Part shown: in pieces, positions 35,525 through 48,720 of the stretch
Layout: the number at the start of each line of letters is the position of its first letter
Position numbering within the stretch: position 1 is the first letter of the stretch
NCBI RefSeq assembly: GCF_001194135.2
Contig: NC_068988.1
Coordinates: 49,805,554 to 49,869,553, forward strand
Direction: 5' to 3'
From: Octopus bimaculoides
Lineage: Eukaryota
Length of the DNA stretch: 64,000 nt
Translations under genes and position numbers: made by a program
Notes under the pieces: model-generated
Databases searched by the model: none
What the model was told of the DNA's origin: nothing
The model's input: the letters and a program-made list of their open reading frames with translations, nothing else

Positions 35525-37506
35525 TAACATCAAAACTTGTAAGGATAGTTCCTTCTGGGATAATGGGTAGAATGTATTTGAGAAATCCATATCGTCTCGC
35601 GCTCGCATATAGCCGAGTATTACTGAGTATAATGGTTTAACTAGTATATCTAAAAGATGACTTCGTCGTTGTGTTGGAGATTGTGGCCAGCAACTATTGA
35701 TCTCAAGTGGGTCTTTGTAATTTTATGAACTGCTTCTTTCTGTTCACTTATGGCTCTCTCTATTTCTGATCTTTTATTAATCTTGTGTAATCCGTAGAAA
35801 TCCTTCTCTTTAATTTCAGAGTTACATAAGTAATCTATCTTCTTTTGATATGTGAAGAAGTTTGGGTTTTGGTTAAAATATGTTCTGATTTTTCGAGATT
35901 TTTTTTGCTTCTTCCTTATAGTAATTTTTGTTTGTTAAATGTTCCAATATTTTGTCTTTATAATTGTCCCTGTCCGTAATCACGATCGCCTCCACCCTTA
36001 TACGACGTTCTTAGGATCATTTAGACGTCGATTTTTTAGTGTTAGTAAAGCCCCCTTTTTCTTTACGAAGGTTTTGCTTGTATTTACGGGAACTAAGAGG
36101 GGATTTGGAAATTGTATCTTTATATGTATCTAAATGCTTGTCATTCCCCTTGTAGGGACTGAAGTAGGATTTATTTCTGACAATTGACTCGTCATTTATA
36201 TTCTTATTGACAAAGAATTCCATTAAGCATTGGCAGCGACTAAAATATTCACTGTCTTGCTTTTAGTCCGATGACGTTAGAATTAGATGTAGGGATAAAT
36301 CTGAAAACTTTCCGTAAAAGATCCATTTCATTTTTGTTGAGGACCTGTTTTTTTTTTTTTTTGATAAATGTATAATTTTAGAATTTTTGATTCTACCTAT
36401 TCTGTGGGTTTACTAAAATCTGTGTCATCGGATCTGGGTCCCGGTTGTAGTATGCTTCCCCTAAAAATGGAGTTGTAATACTGTCCCCGTTTTCAACTTC
36501 AGAGGTTCTTGTTTCTTCGTAGGTGAGAGAATATTCTGTGTTCTCTATTTGTATCATGTCGCATATAATATCTGTCTCCTTCCCATCTTTTTTAATGCTC
36601 GTTTGGCCATTCTGGATGTTTGAGATTGCTGGTCGTTAACCGCAGATTTTTTAATCTTCCATGACATTTATTTGTATTATGAATTATTTTGGTGTTTTTT
36701 CTTTGTCTTTCTTCCCATGTATTTGTACATCTAGGGCATTTGGTATAACGGGATGGTGGTTGTCTTCTTATATCTTGCGTGTTTGTATCTGGTAGTATCT
36801 TGTTTTGGAATCGTAGTTTGCATTTGGGATTAACTTGAGGCCATCTCGCTTATGTCTTTGGATGACTGGAAATCTGTATTTTCGTCTAACTCCTCTGGGG
36901 CCGATTTTCATCTTTTTCTGTGATTTGTCTGTATTTTTTTCGTTGTGCTTTTGTTTTCATAATAGATTTTTCTCCAAAGTTATTTTCGTAATTAATGAAC
37001 CACTCTTGTTGTTTCCCACATTTTTACAGATCTTCCCTCTCCCCCGTTTGGTGTCTTCTTTCAATAGTTTTTTGTAGTTCTTCACTTTAACTATCACTTC
37101 GTTCTGAGATTTCAGCAAACATGGCTGCATCAGTTGTTTTGTGCTTTTCTTCATACCAAACTTTTCGTGATTGGTGGTTTATTTCTGTTTCCAGACGGAA
37201 TAATGCGAAGTTTGCATGTATTGCTTCCTCTTCTAGCTTTCACCCTTTCCATCTCTTATGAAGAATTTTCTGGGAAGGATTGGGTTTTCTTTGTTTCGAC
37301 AAATTTGGTAGGTATTGGTTATGTTATCACATCAAATGCGTTTCCAATATGCTTGTTTGCGTTGATTCAAAAAAAAGTTTTCAGAGTTATGGCTTCATTT
37401 ATTTTTGTTTGTGCATATCAACTGATGTTTCTTTCTTCTAAATTTTTCTTCGAGACAGGCAGAATTTGTGTCGTTGGATCTTATCCCTAGAGCATCTTTA
37501 AGAAAA
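35525..37506 (-). mobile_element. Decayed Penelope-like element, N-terminal region and start of RT (pseudogene)
   Basis: Minus-strand fragments AIVITDRDNYKDKILEHL (cf. PLE GGAIVIMD..DY..K), VHKITKTHLRSIVAG (cf. KIHK..PLRPIV) and RDDMDFLKYILP (cf. RDT.DFL). Many stops and frameshifts; the upstream end runs into a gap. Confidence 0.72.
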
Positions 37507-38099
37507 NNNNNNNNNNNNNNNNNNNNNNNNNNNNNNNNNNNNNNNNNNNNNNNNNNNNNNNNNNNNNNNNNNNNNNNNNNNNNNNNNNNNNNNNNNNNNN
37601 NNNNNNNNNNNNNNNNNNNNNNNNNNNNNNNNNNNNNNNNNNNNNNNNNNNNNNNNNNNNNNNNNNNNNNNNNNNNNNNNNNNNNNNNNNNNNNNNNNNN
37701 NNNNNNNNNNNNNNNNNNNNNNNNNNNNNNNNNNNNNNNNNNNNNNNNNNNNNNNNNNNNNNNNNNNNNNNNNNNNNNNNNNNNNGTGTGTGTGTGTGTG
37801 TGTGTGTGTGCATATATAAAAGTATGCATGTGTGTTTGTATAGATTTTGTATACCAAATTCCACTGGCAAAATATTGGACGGCCTGGTGCTTTAGAAGTG
37901 TTTTAATGTACAATGTATCTCGGAATCATAGGGCTGGGAAGCGAATTTGTCAACCAGATATCCAGGCTTCTCTCCCTCCCCTCTTCCTGTCTTTAATGTA
38001 AACTATAACTGTCCTTGTTATGTCTTCCCCATTTGATGATCTTGAGACAACAAACATTACTACTACTACTGCTGCTGCTGCTGCTGTTGCTGCTGCTGC

Positions 38100-38255
38100 A
38101 AGCACTGCTGGCAGACGCGTTAGAGCATCAGGGAAATGTTTTTCGGTATTACTAAACAATTCCTTACTTTGGTTCCAAATTCCGCCGGCTTTGTCTTTCG
38201 TCTTTTCGAGATCGATAAAATATGGTTGAGCACTGCGATGCTTGTAATCGAATTA
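38100..38255 (+). mobile_element. SINE, family C (diverged)
   Basis: CTGCTGGCAGACGCGTTAGAGCATCAGGGAAATG...GGTTCCAAATTCCGCCGG...GATCGATAAAATATGGTTGAGCACTG. Confidence 0.7.
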
Positions 38256-38712
38256 CCTCCTCCTCTGAGGGAATCATCATCATCATCACCATCACCATCA
38301 TCACCAACGTCATTACCAACAACATCATCACCATCATCATCATCATCAACATCATCACCATCATCATCAACTGCAGCATATTTATTATTATTGCAATGTT
38401 TTCTTCTTACAGCTTTTTTTTCTCTCCTTTTTCCATTCTTTCCTTCCGTCCATCGTTTCTTTCCTCCTTGCCAAAACTCATCTGTCGTCTCCCTATTATA
38501 AATCCACATACCTTTTCTATTTCCCTGCCAATTCCGAAAACACTCGAATACTTTCTCAAGACAAAACTGTACAATGGGAACAGATTACTTTATTGCAAAG
38601 CAGAGACCAAAATCACTGCACGAGCTTTTGTCTCAGACTCAGGAATACATTAAGAAACAACAGAAAATGAAGAAACCAGAAATAGAAAACTCTCCCTCTC
38701 TCTCACTCAATC

Positions 38713-38795
<83 letters not shown>

Positions 38796-39334
38796 CTCCT
38801 TTTCATTCTTTTTCCAACATCCATGTGCAATACAAACAACATTAAACCACTCAAGAGATAATCACCCCCCCCCCGACCTGCTTCGCAATGGATTGCCGTT
38901 ACTGTTGCGGCTGTTTATCCCAAGGTCAATCCTGAATGAAGAGACCTAGGTTCAAAAACATTCCTACCATGACAATCGCAACATTTTTCACACATAATAT
39001 GTCTGGAACTACATTTCCCTGCATTTTCCAATGTGGTAACTTGATATAAATTTAACGGCCATTTCTTGCATGATTTCAGCGATTGGACTACCGTCATGCT
39101 GGAGCATCGCTTTTACACTTCATCTTTCGAACGGAACCACTGTTTTTGGAAATGATGGACTTTTAATGGAGTTAACATTAGATTTTCTCTTCATGGCCGT
39201 TATCTTTTAGAAATAATCTATCGATTATTTCAATATCATTTCTATTGTTGGTTCATTTCGTGAACCGACTGACTAGAGTACAATGGCTTTGTCCCCCTTG
39301 TATTTATTTCGTTGGTTGGAAGAGAGTGGAAAAT

Positions 39335-39990
39335 AATATTAAGAGAAAAGAGAAGAGAGAAAGAAACGAGTGAAGAGATGTCGAGGCAGGAAAAGGAGAA
39401 AAAATTCAGAGTTTAGAAAAGTTAAAGTGGGCGTGTGAATATATAACAGAGAGAGATAGGCAGAAAGACAGAGACAAACAGACAGACAGAGAGGTAGAGA
39501 GAGAGAGACAGACAAAAACAGACAGAGAGACAGAGACAGAGAGACAGAGACAGAGAGAGAGACAGAGAGACAAAGAGAAATAGTGAGGAGAGTACAAGTA
39601 AGAGACAGAGAGACAATAAGAGTCAGAGAGAGAAAAGGAATCGGAGACAGAAAAGAATGATGCTAATGGAAAGATGTTGGGATAGGAGAAGGGCCACAAA
39701 GTCAGAGAATGTCTGAATGTAAGACTCACAGAGAGGTAAAGGGACAGGGGACGAGAGAGAGATCGACAGTGAGAGAAAAAAAGAGAGAAGAAGAGTTAGA
39801 GAGAGAGAAAGAAGATTAATGTAAATGAAAATATGTGGAGAGTAAGTAGAGAAGGAGCAAAAAGTCAGAGACTGAGCTAGTGAAAGTGTATTAAAGTAAG
39901 ATTCACAGAGAGAGAGAGAGAGAGAGAGAGTGAGAGAGAGAGTAATGGTCAGAGACAGAGAGAGGGGAAGTGAAAGAGTCACAGAGAAAA
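39335..39990. repeat. Purine-rich (AG/ACAG)n low-complexity block
   Basis: About 650 nt dominated by A/G on the plus strand. Confidence 0.85.
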
Positions 39991-40356
39991 ACAATAGGAA
40001 TGACCGCGTAAAACAGAGAAAACGAGTGTCCATGAACGACAAATACTGACAATACACACGTCACAAACACACGTACCCATAAACATATAAACACACACAA
40101 ACTATAAACTCGCACACGCAACCTACAATCTTACAAAAAATCATACACACATGCTCTTACGTTGACACCAACAAAAGGCAAACTCAAGCAGATGAAAAGC
40201 TGGAACAGACACAATGAAACAAAACGGTAACATAACTCTCCCTAGTCACATGAATGACAACAAACAGATGGTTGCTAACGTAACACACACAAGGAAATTA
40301 GAGAATTTGAAGTAAATGAAAATGGAATAAGACACTGTGTGTGTGTATGTGTGTGT

Positions 40357-40432
<76 letters not shown>

Positions 40433-40904
40433 AAAAAATAGAAATAAAAGCCCTCACCCACAAGCATGTATGACCAGGTATGAGTAACACGTATCGTGCT
40501 TTCATTGATTGTTTTAGGTATGTATAGTCGCGAGCAGACATAAAAAATCCCGTCGGCAGAACATCCCAGCAGCAGAACATCCAGGATGTAACAACCTAAA
40601 GGAGAGGGGATTCACCAGTACTTGGCTGGTGCTCGTTTGCAGTATCGGAGCAACATCAAATGAAGTGATTTGCACAAGGAGACAACGCGGCGCCTGGCCT
40701 AGAAATGAACCTACGACCTAATGAGTGAGAGGTCGACACCATAATTATTAATCCACAGGAATCGAAACCAAGCTGCCCGTGTAACGAGCGAGTATTCTCT
40801 CATCAAACCAGATTCAGACATATATAGATGTATGTATGTATGTATGTATGTATGTATGTATAAATGTATTATCTGTCTATGTACAGATGCGTTTGTATAT
40901 GTAT

Positions 40905-41880
40905 GTCATTATTCAGTTTCATTTCAAGATTACTTGCCAATAGAGAAAGAGCCGGTTTCCAACCTAGATCCAAAGCTCCTTCATTAGAATTTCAACATCA
41001 ACAACAGGGTATTTTTGTATGCATGTATAAATGTATGTATACGTGTGGATTTGTACCTTTTGTCTTATGTATGTCTTCTCATGCATATATTTTGCATATC
41101 TAGACATGCTCATATATACTTAAATGATGATCTTCTGGAAAGTTTTATGCATGTATGTATGTATGTATGTATATAAAAATGAAACAAAAACGCAATAGAG
41201 GGCATTAAAACGTACGGACAGATAGCCGACACAAAGGCGGACAAGAGAAACAACAATTAGAAGGACAGGCAAAGAAGACGGGTCATTCTTGGCTTTCTTC
41301 AGTCAAATACCAGAAGTCACGACAATTTCGGACAGTTTTGTATGTTATCAATCAGTTTCATTTCTGTATTTCTTGTCCATAGAGAAAGAGCCGGACTCTA
41401 ACATAGATTCAAGGCTCCTTCATTGGAACTTTTATCAACATCATCTAGGTATTTGTGCATATGTGTGTGTGTGTGCAGTATTTGGTGTTAGTGTATGCGC
41501 AGATTTGTATGTTTGTTTTATGGATGCGTTTTGATGTCTAGATGCATGCATATGTATTTATGTGCTAAATTTTTGGAAAGTTTTACATATCTTTACAGTT
41601 CCATTGATGGCTTGAATCTGTATGTATGTATGTATGTATGTATGTATGTCGCATGCATGTATGTATGCATGCATGTATGTATGCATGCATGTATGTATGC
41701 ATGTATGTATGTATCTATGTATATATGTATGTATGTATGTCTGTATACAAACAGATTTGTAGGTTTTGTTTCATGTATGTATTCTCACGCATATACTTGC
41801 ATAACTAGACATGGACATATATATACTTAAATGATAAACTTCTGGAAAGTTTTACCGATTTTTACAGTTCCAGTGATGAA
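40905..41880 (+). repeat. Locally reiterated ~250-bp unit (three diverged copies) between (TATG)n runs
   Basis: ATAGAGAAAGAGCCGG...CAA(A/G)GCTCCTTCATT occurs at ~40940 and ~41380; (T/C)TGGAAAGTTTTA occurs at ~41134, ~41574 and ~41842. Confidence 0.7.
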
Positions 41881-41974
41881 TTCGATCTGTAGTCTTTGAA
41901 TCAGCTTTTTCCTTTTTAATTTTGAGAAGCCTGGTTTCTCAAGATTGATATTTAGGCAGTGTGTCACATATCTC

Positions 41975-42086
41975 AATGCCCCAAGGCTATAGTAGAAGAC
42001 ACTTGCCCAGGATTCCACGCAGTGGAACTGAACCTGGATCCATGTCGTTGAGAAGCAAGCTTCTTATCACTCAGTCACCCCTGTGC

Positions 42087-42088
<2 letters not shown>
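41975..42088 (-). mobile_element. SINE family A head (partial)
   Basis: CAAGGCTATAGTAGAAGACACTTGCCCAGGATTCCACGCAGTGGAACTGAACC. Confidence 0.8.
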
Positions 42089-42133
<45 letters not shown>

Positions 42134-42323
42134 CGACAAAGGAATCCAGTATTTATTATGTAATGAAAGAGGTTGTTTATATATTTATATACACGTGAGA
42201 TGTTGGTCCCTCTGAAGGTGAGAGTGAGTGGGAGGTATGAACTGTAATCGACTCGATGTCAAAAGGAATAGTAAGTTACTTAAAGGTGAGGGAGGAAGAT
42301 ATGTCAAAAGAAAAGAAGGGCAC

Positions 42324-42400
42324 TTAAATATGTGACGTAAGCGTGACGTCACTGTGATGCTGTTGTTACGACACCACAGCTGCGCGTGACGCGACGTTTT
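42324..42400 (+). promoter_or_regulatory. Candidate promoter with clustered CRE/ATF sites
   Basis: TGACGTAA (42333-42340), palindromic GTGACGTCAC (42343-42352) and a TGACG half-site (42387). Local CpG enrichment in an otherwise CpG-poor, repeat-free island. Confidence 0.55.
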
Positions 42401-42713
42401 ATTCCTAAGAAAGCAGACGAAATTTTCAAGAATTTTTGAAAGACGAAGAAGGTGGACAAATAATTGTGGAAATTACATTTTTGTAAGGAAATTTATTGAT
42501 AGCTATGGTATTATTTGCTTTCTCTCTGTGAGTCATAAATAAGATTTCAACTGTTTATTTTTCTGTTTTTCTAATTATTCCAGTGCTGAGGTAATATGCT
42601 GAAGTTTCAACGGTAAAAAGAATTTGTTTGTTCCTAATCTGTTGTTACTCGCGCTGCATCAGGTATTCTTGGAGTGAGGTATTATTGACAAAGAATTAAA
42701 TATGTAAATAAAG
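42400..42713 (+). other. Candidate non-coding 5' exon(s) of an unidentified plus-strand gene
   Basis: Donor TCT|GTGAGT after 42527, polypyrimidine tract with CTAAT and acceptor TTCCAG| before 42584, and strong donor AAG|GTAAGG after 42713. No long ORF; followed by ~1.2 kb of repeat-free AT-rich DNA. Confidence 0.4.
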
Positions 42714-45229
42714 GTAAGGTAATTTAAATATAGCAGTGAAAAATATTGTTTAAAATTAATTTCTTTTATTTGTTGAAATACCTCAATATGATGTTTACGC
42801 GCTGATATCTATGTAGTTGAAGTTGATACAGCGTTCTAACAGAGCTATGCCGCCAAGAATGGTGGTTATTTTTCCTTCTGTTCTTCTGATAAATTTTCTT
42901 TGTTGTTATAAAATATTGAGTTTTTATTATTATTTTTTATTTTTATCCAATATATTTGAAAGAAATGTTTATGAAATGTTAATTATATGAAAGTTTAATT
43001 TACAAAACTTTGCTATAAAATATAAATTATACAAATATACAAAATTAGTTCACAAAATTTCAATCTATGAAAACGCTTTCATTACTAATTAGATATAATC
43101 TAATTAATTTGCTATATAACAGACTAAAATTCATCTGTTGGGATTTTATTAAATTAATAGACATTTTTATTTACACATTTTAATTTAGAACATTGTCAAG
43201 TATTTTGTAAATATTTGGAATGTAATCAGAGCACGTTAGCTTTTGTATCTTCAATTAATTCTTTAAATTGACCACTACTCCCATTTACATAATTGTTTTC
43301 TTCGAGTTGGGGTTTTTGTATGTGTCACATACACTGTGCGGTTAATATTATAAGATTCCTATTTTGTAGTTTTAAGCCAAATTTAGAAATTATTAGTAGA
43401 TTCTTTTCTTTTTATTGTTTTCTTATTCATATATATCGTTATTTTCTTTTTGGTTTCAGACATTTTTAATATACATAGATATAGGGAGCTACTAATGAGC
43501 AAACTAAAACAAGAAAAAAATTCTACATTATAATTATTTACTGATTAACACACATTGAAAATTCTAGCATTTCAATTGAAATTTCACTCGTGTATATTTT
43601 GTTTTGCTTCCATCCGTGACAAATACGAACGGTATGAATAATGTCTTCTGCTAACTGAACGCTTGTGCGTGCACACGTTTTGTAACTAGCGCACAAAGGA
43701 AAAGAAAAGGCGCACACAATGTTTCCAAGATGAATTTCAATGTTTTTAATTGAAAGTAGTTACTTTTATGGATGCGTACATACTTTGTAAAGAAAGATAA
43801 AATCTGCACACAAGCAAATTTCTGCACAAACTCACAGCGATAAAAAAAAATATCGGGAATATGCAATAATAGAATATACAATAATAATATTCAATAATCG
43901 GTTTAAATCTTCCACTACAATTCCAGTCAGATCTAGATTGATTTACTGTAATAATAAATCAACCTCAGTATTTAGGTGGCAATTTATTTAAAAGCACCCA
44001 AAAGAATGGAGATTTATTGTAACAGGATTTGAGCTCAGAACGAGAAGGAGATGAGCAGTGTGAGATTCCACGGACACCGCCCTAGAAGAGTTTGGGTATT
44101 TATTTCATGTGGAAATAAAGGAAAATATAATACCCAGTGTAGCCAAGTGTTACATTAACATGAATTTTAAATGGCTTTTTTTTAATATAGTTAAATCTCA
44201 GTTTGAACAAAGAAGTCCTGTTTATGATTGTGAATTGATACTTTATCTTTAAAATATAAAACTGTACTATAACCTTCTAGGAAGCCTCTGTACTGAGCCG
44301 CTAAAAATAGCGGCCAAAGGTCAACCAAATTACACACCACCATCTTAATAACAGAAGGACGTATCGGTTGATGCAGTTTTTCTTAGAAATAATACATCTG
44401 AGAATGTCTTTGATTATATGTCTACTCGATTAGAGCTGCACTAGTGCCAACCAGCCATCGTCATGAATAGTAACATGTAACATGTGTAAATATGAATTGC
44501 CAATAACAGAAATTATACTTTTAAGCAAATGTTGGTTAGTTGTAACTATGTCATATTATTATATAACAGAAGAACAACCAAAACTGACACAGATGAACAA
44601 TTACAGTAAAACTGTAGAAAGAACAAGAGAAGAGACCTTACGATTCAAAAGTCGCATGAGAGAGACAGACAGACAGACAGAAACAGACAGAAAACAATTG
44701 AAGTGTGTGAAGAGATATTTAGAAAATTCCTTGGCTCACTCATTCTGTTTATTATTCTCATATAACATTTGGCACTTAGAGACAAGTCTAGAAGTGGTTG
44801 AGTGGACCTGCATCAGTCATTAATTCAATGTTGCACTTTTATATTTATTATTTGATCATCGTGAATCATATACGTAACAAACATGTTGTATTATTCTACT
44901 AGTGACGTGTTCGAACGTTACAGCTTAAATCACTTTAATTTTGGGACGCATTTGAAGCTATAATTAAAATATTTCTAACGTGTTATAAAGAGCTGCAAAT
45001 TTACGCATCAAAATACAAACTAGGACGAGGAATTTCCTCGGGTCCTGCTAATCAGATATAACATCAGAAATGGTAGTTACGCTCTGCATTCCGCACCGCT
45101 ACTGCTACAATCATCAACGTCATTCACATCTCCCAATATCTGTCACAGCGCTGTCATAGATATCACCTCAATACTACTGTTGCTATTGCTATTGCTATTA
45201 CTACAAACAACTACAGTGCTGAATCTAAT

Positions 45230-45691
45230 CTGAGGAACTGCAACTTCAAAGATAAGACTTGCTGTCTGTTGGAGGATAAATGTCTGGAAAAAGGAATTGT
45301 TTATAGAGCCAAAGTGCAAGTGGATGGCTCACAAGAATATAAAACATACACAGGGGCTTCGGAAAATTCATTCAAGACTCGATTCTATTCCCATCGAAAT
45401 TCTTTCCGATACTCCGAGAATAGGACAGCAACTAGTCTTGCAAAGTATGTCTGGGAATTGAAAGAGAATGGCACCCGTCCTTTCAATGTAACCTGGGAAA
45501 TTCTAGAAAAAGTATCATCATACAGACATGGAGCTTATAAAAGACCTATGAAATGTAATCTTTGCCACTCAGAAAAGTTCTTCATCCTGTTCCAGGATAA
45601 ACATGCTTTGAACCAGAGACGCGAGCTCTTAAATTCCTACAGGCACATCACGAGGTTTAAAATGTTAACCGATAAGATACTGTATGAGTAA
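45230..45691 (+). mobile_element. Penelope-like element GIY-YIG endonuclease C-terminus (Neptune-like Cys-flanked type)
   Basis: RNCNFKDKTCCLLEDKCLEKGIVYRAKV...YTGASENSFKTRFYSHRNSF...TSLAKYVWELK...WEIL...CNLCHSEK...LNQRREL..YRH matches the PLE GIY-YIG layout (IVY / YxG / R / H / E / N). Confidence 0.88.
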
Positions 45692-46221
45692 AATGTTTTC
45701 ACTTCGGGAGTATTTTGACTGTCGCATTTGAATTTGACTTTACACGTTGTAGTTATTTTGCATTGCAATGCTAGTTCTTATTTCGACTTCACGTTTAAGA
45801 AAACCTTTTTATGGTTTACTCATGCATTTAATTATTTCAAATTAAAGTGCAATTTCCTTATTTTAACATTTTGATATTATATACACCAGACAGTTTTTTA
45901 AAATTGCTTGCGTATGTACGTTATGATGTATATATTTATTTTGATGTGAAGATATGTCTCTATATATTTATGTGTATGTATGTATGTATTGTAGGTATGT
46001 GTATGTATGTATGTATTGTAGGTATGTATATGTATGTGTGTATGTCTATATATATATATATATATATATNNNNNNNNNNNNNNNNNNNNNNNNNNNNNNN
46101 NNNNNNNNNNNNNNNNNNNNNNNNNNNNNNNNNNNNNATATTAATATATATATGTATACATATATAAATGTGATGGAATATGTGTATATACTTTTATATA
46201 TGTGAGCATGTATTTATTTCT

Positions 46222-46320
46222 TTATTGCCCACAGGGAGCTAAACACAGAGGGAACAAACAAGAACATCGACCCCAGTGCGTAACTGGTATTTATTTAATG
46301 GACCCCGAAAGGATGAAAGG
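46222..46320 (-). mobile_element. Family C SINE 3' fragment with tail type 2
   Basis: TTATTGCCCACAGGGAGCTAAACACAGAGGGAACAAAC...CATCGACCCCAGTGCGTAACTGG. Confidence 0.75.
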
Positions 46321-47289
46321 GTATGTATTTACGTACATAGTTTTTGTATATTTGTATGCGTACCTATATCTATGTACGTTTATATATATGTGGATATACA
46401 TGTAATTTTATGCGTGCGTTTTTATATGTGTTTGTTGCGCAAGCTAAACGAAATATCTAATCGTCTTTAAATACTTTTTGAACGCCATCATTTCTCACTC
46501 TCTACCCCTATCTATTTTTCCCTTTCTCTCTAATTTTCTGCTTCTATTACCTGTATTTCTTTTTTCTTCTTTTCCAGTTTTCTTATTATTATCTGATTTT
46601 TTCCTTCTCTTTCTTTCGCCTGTAACAACTAATTTGTATAAGCATACGCCAAGAGATTTTGTGTGCGTACATACATATATATGCATTCGTATATATTTAT
46701 GGCTTGCCTATATATGTCTGTATATGTATGTAACCATGTACCTGTATGCTTAGTGTATATATGTATATTATAGATGGTTTCGTATGTGCGTATACTGCTA
46801 AATGTATATGTAATCTAGCATCAAAAATTTTTTAACGGATATATCTTTTAACTTATTAATTTATTAATATTTTACAACTAATTTATTTACCCTGGGTATT
46901 CAGGCCTTTTCTTTCTTTATAAGCTATTTTTGATTTAAGTTTTCTTCGATTTTTATAATATGATTTTAAACCGCAATTTGTTATTGCATGCAACTGGTTA
47001 TTGAAAAGACTGTTAGTTGAAAGGACCAATGAAACAAAATCATTTTTAAAATTTCAAATCATTCAAATCAACCTAATCGTATATTTATACATATAACCTT
47101 ACTTTTGCTCCTGTCTAAACAAAACTGTCCGACGAACGGGAACGTGAAACTCTGAGTAACAGTTTTTGTGATATTTTTGTTGCTTTTTAATAAAGCAAAA
47201 TACTGTACCTATGGTATTCGAGTACCATTTTTCCTGCCTTGTTTCGCATTTATGTGCTTACTCTGGTATATATATATAATGTATTATTC

Positions 47290-47418
47290 TTTTCTACTCT
47301 AGGCGCACAAGGCCCGAAATTTTGAGGGAGGGGCCAGTCGATTAAATCGACCCAGTACGCAACTGTTACCTAATTTATCGAACCCGAAAGGATGAAAGGC
47401 AAAGTCGACCTCGGCGGG
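47290..47418 (-). mobile_element. 5'-truncated family C SINE with tail type 1
   Basis: CACAAGGCCCGAAATTTTGAGGGAGG...CCCGAAAGGATGAAAGGCAAAGTCGACCTCGGCGG. Confidence 0.85.
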
Positions 47419-47420
47419 TA

Positions 47421-47627
47421 TATGTATATTTTATTGTGTCTGGGGAGAGTCATTCTCTTTTAGTGCCTTATTAATTTAACACACTCACCGGTCTGATTTC
47501 CACTCATTTACTTATTTATTTTTACTAAATTTTTTGTTGCGTCTTGAAACCTTTTCAGTTGTCCTTGTTTGTGTGTGTGCATGCGTGTGCGTCAGTATAC
47601 GTGCGCATACACATTTGTATGTATGTA

Positions 47628-47674
<47 letters not shown>

Positions 47675-48180
47675 GTATGTATGCAAGTGTGCACGTTTGC
47701 ATGTATGCATTATTTTTCATGTATGTGTGTTTATGTGTACATACATACATGTTATGCGCATGTACACTGACACACACGCAATGGCACAAAAAAAAAGAAC
47801 GCAGTTCCGATAACGGACAGAGTCAACGACTATTGAAATGGTTGCAAGACGCAACAAAGATTTTTGTAAAAATAAGTAAATAAGTGGAAATTAGACCGGT
47901 GAGTGTGTTAAATTAATAAGACACGAAAAGGAAATGAATCTCCCCAGACACAATAAAATATGCTTCAACACACGAATTCACATAAAGAATTTTGCAAACC
48001 AAGTACAAAAACGAAATATAAATGTCTGTCTCAAAGAAAAATTTAGCGAAGCAACAAAACGTATACGAGCAAGACAAGTGAGAATTACATAAATACATAC
48101 GATGTTATCCGCAGACCGGTTTCGAAATTAATATTTCCTTACCAAAAATATCTGTTTCTCATTAGTACGGACCGCCAAAG
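47421..48180. mobile_element. PLE pLTR-like inverted repeat around a microsatellite spacer; the longer right arm carries a hammerhead-like motif
   Basis: 47421-47565 is the approximate reverse complement of 47815-47960. Minus strand 48171-48108 reads TCCGTA-CTAATGA-GAAA...TTTC-GAAA-CCGG-TC-TGCGGA. Confidence 0.65.
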
Positions 48181-48200
48181 AATTATAATTCCCAGAATCG

Positions 48201-48235
<35 letters not shown>

Positions 48236-48468
48236 NNNNNNNNNNNNNNNNNNNNNNNNNNNNNNNNNNNNNNNNNNNNNNNNNNNNNNNNNNNNNNNNN
48301 NNNNNNNNNNNNNNNNNNNNNNNNNNNNNNNNNNNNNNNNNNNNNNNNNNNNNNNNNNNNNNNNNNNNNNNNNNNNNNNNNNNNNNNNNNNNNNNNNNNN
48401 NNNNNNNNNNNNNNNNNNNNNNNNNNNNNNNNNNNNNNNNNNNNNNNNNNNNNNNNNNNNNNNNNNNN

Positions 48469-48510
<42 letters not shown>

Positions 48511-48539
48511 TGTGTGGTGGATGTCTTTGTGCCTATGGT

Positions 48540-48720
48540 AGCCCCCAGCCACCGCTTGACAACCGGTGTTGGTGTGGTTACCTTACCGTAACCTAGCGGG
48601 TCGATAGAATATGTACTAGGCTTTTAAAAAAAGTTACTGAATACTAGGGTAGATTCGTTCGACTAAAACTCTTCAAGACACTGTCCCAGCAAGGCCGCGG
48701 TCTAATGACTAAAATAAATA
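48540..48720 (+). mobile_element. SINE B tail
   Basis: CCACCGCTTGACAACCGGTGTTGGTGTG...CGTAACCTAGCGGGTCGATAGAATATGTACTAGGC. Confidence 0.75.

Noticed and set aside
38574-38700. Protein-looking ORF MGTDYFIAKQRPKSLHELLSQTQEYIKK
   Set aside because: Short, has no donor site, runs into (CT)n and has no recognisable family.
41250-41360. Possible hammerhead remnant (GAAATTGTC on the minus strand); similar partial motifs at ~6630 and ~30125
   Set aside because: No intact core together with a pairing stem II.
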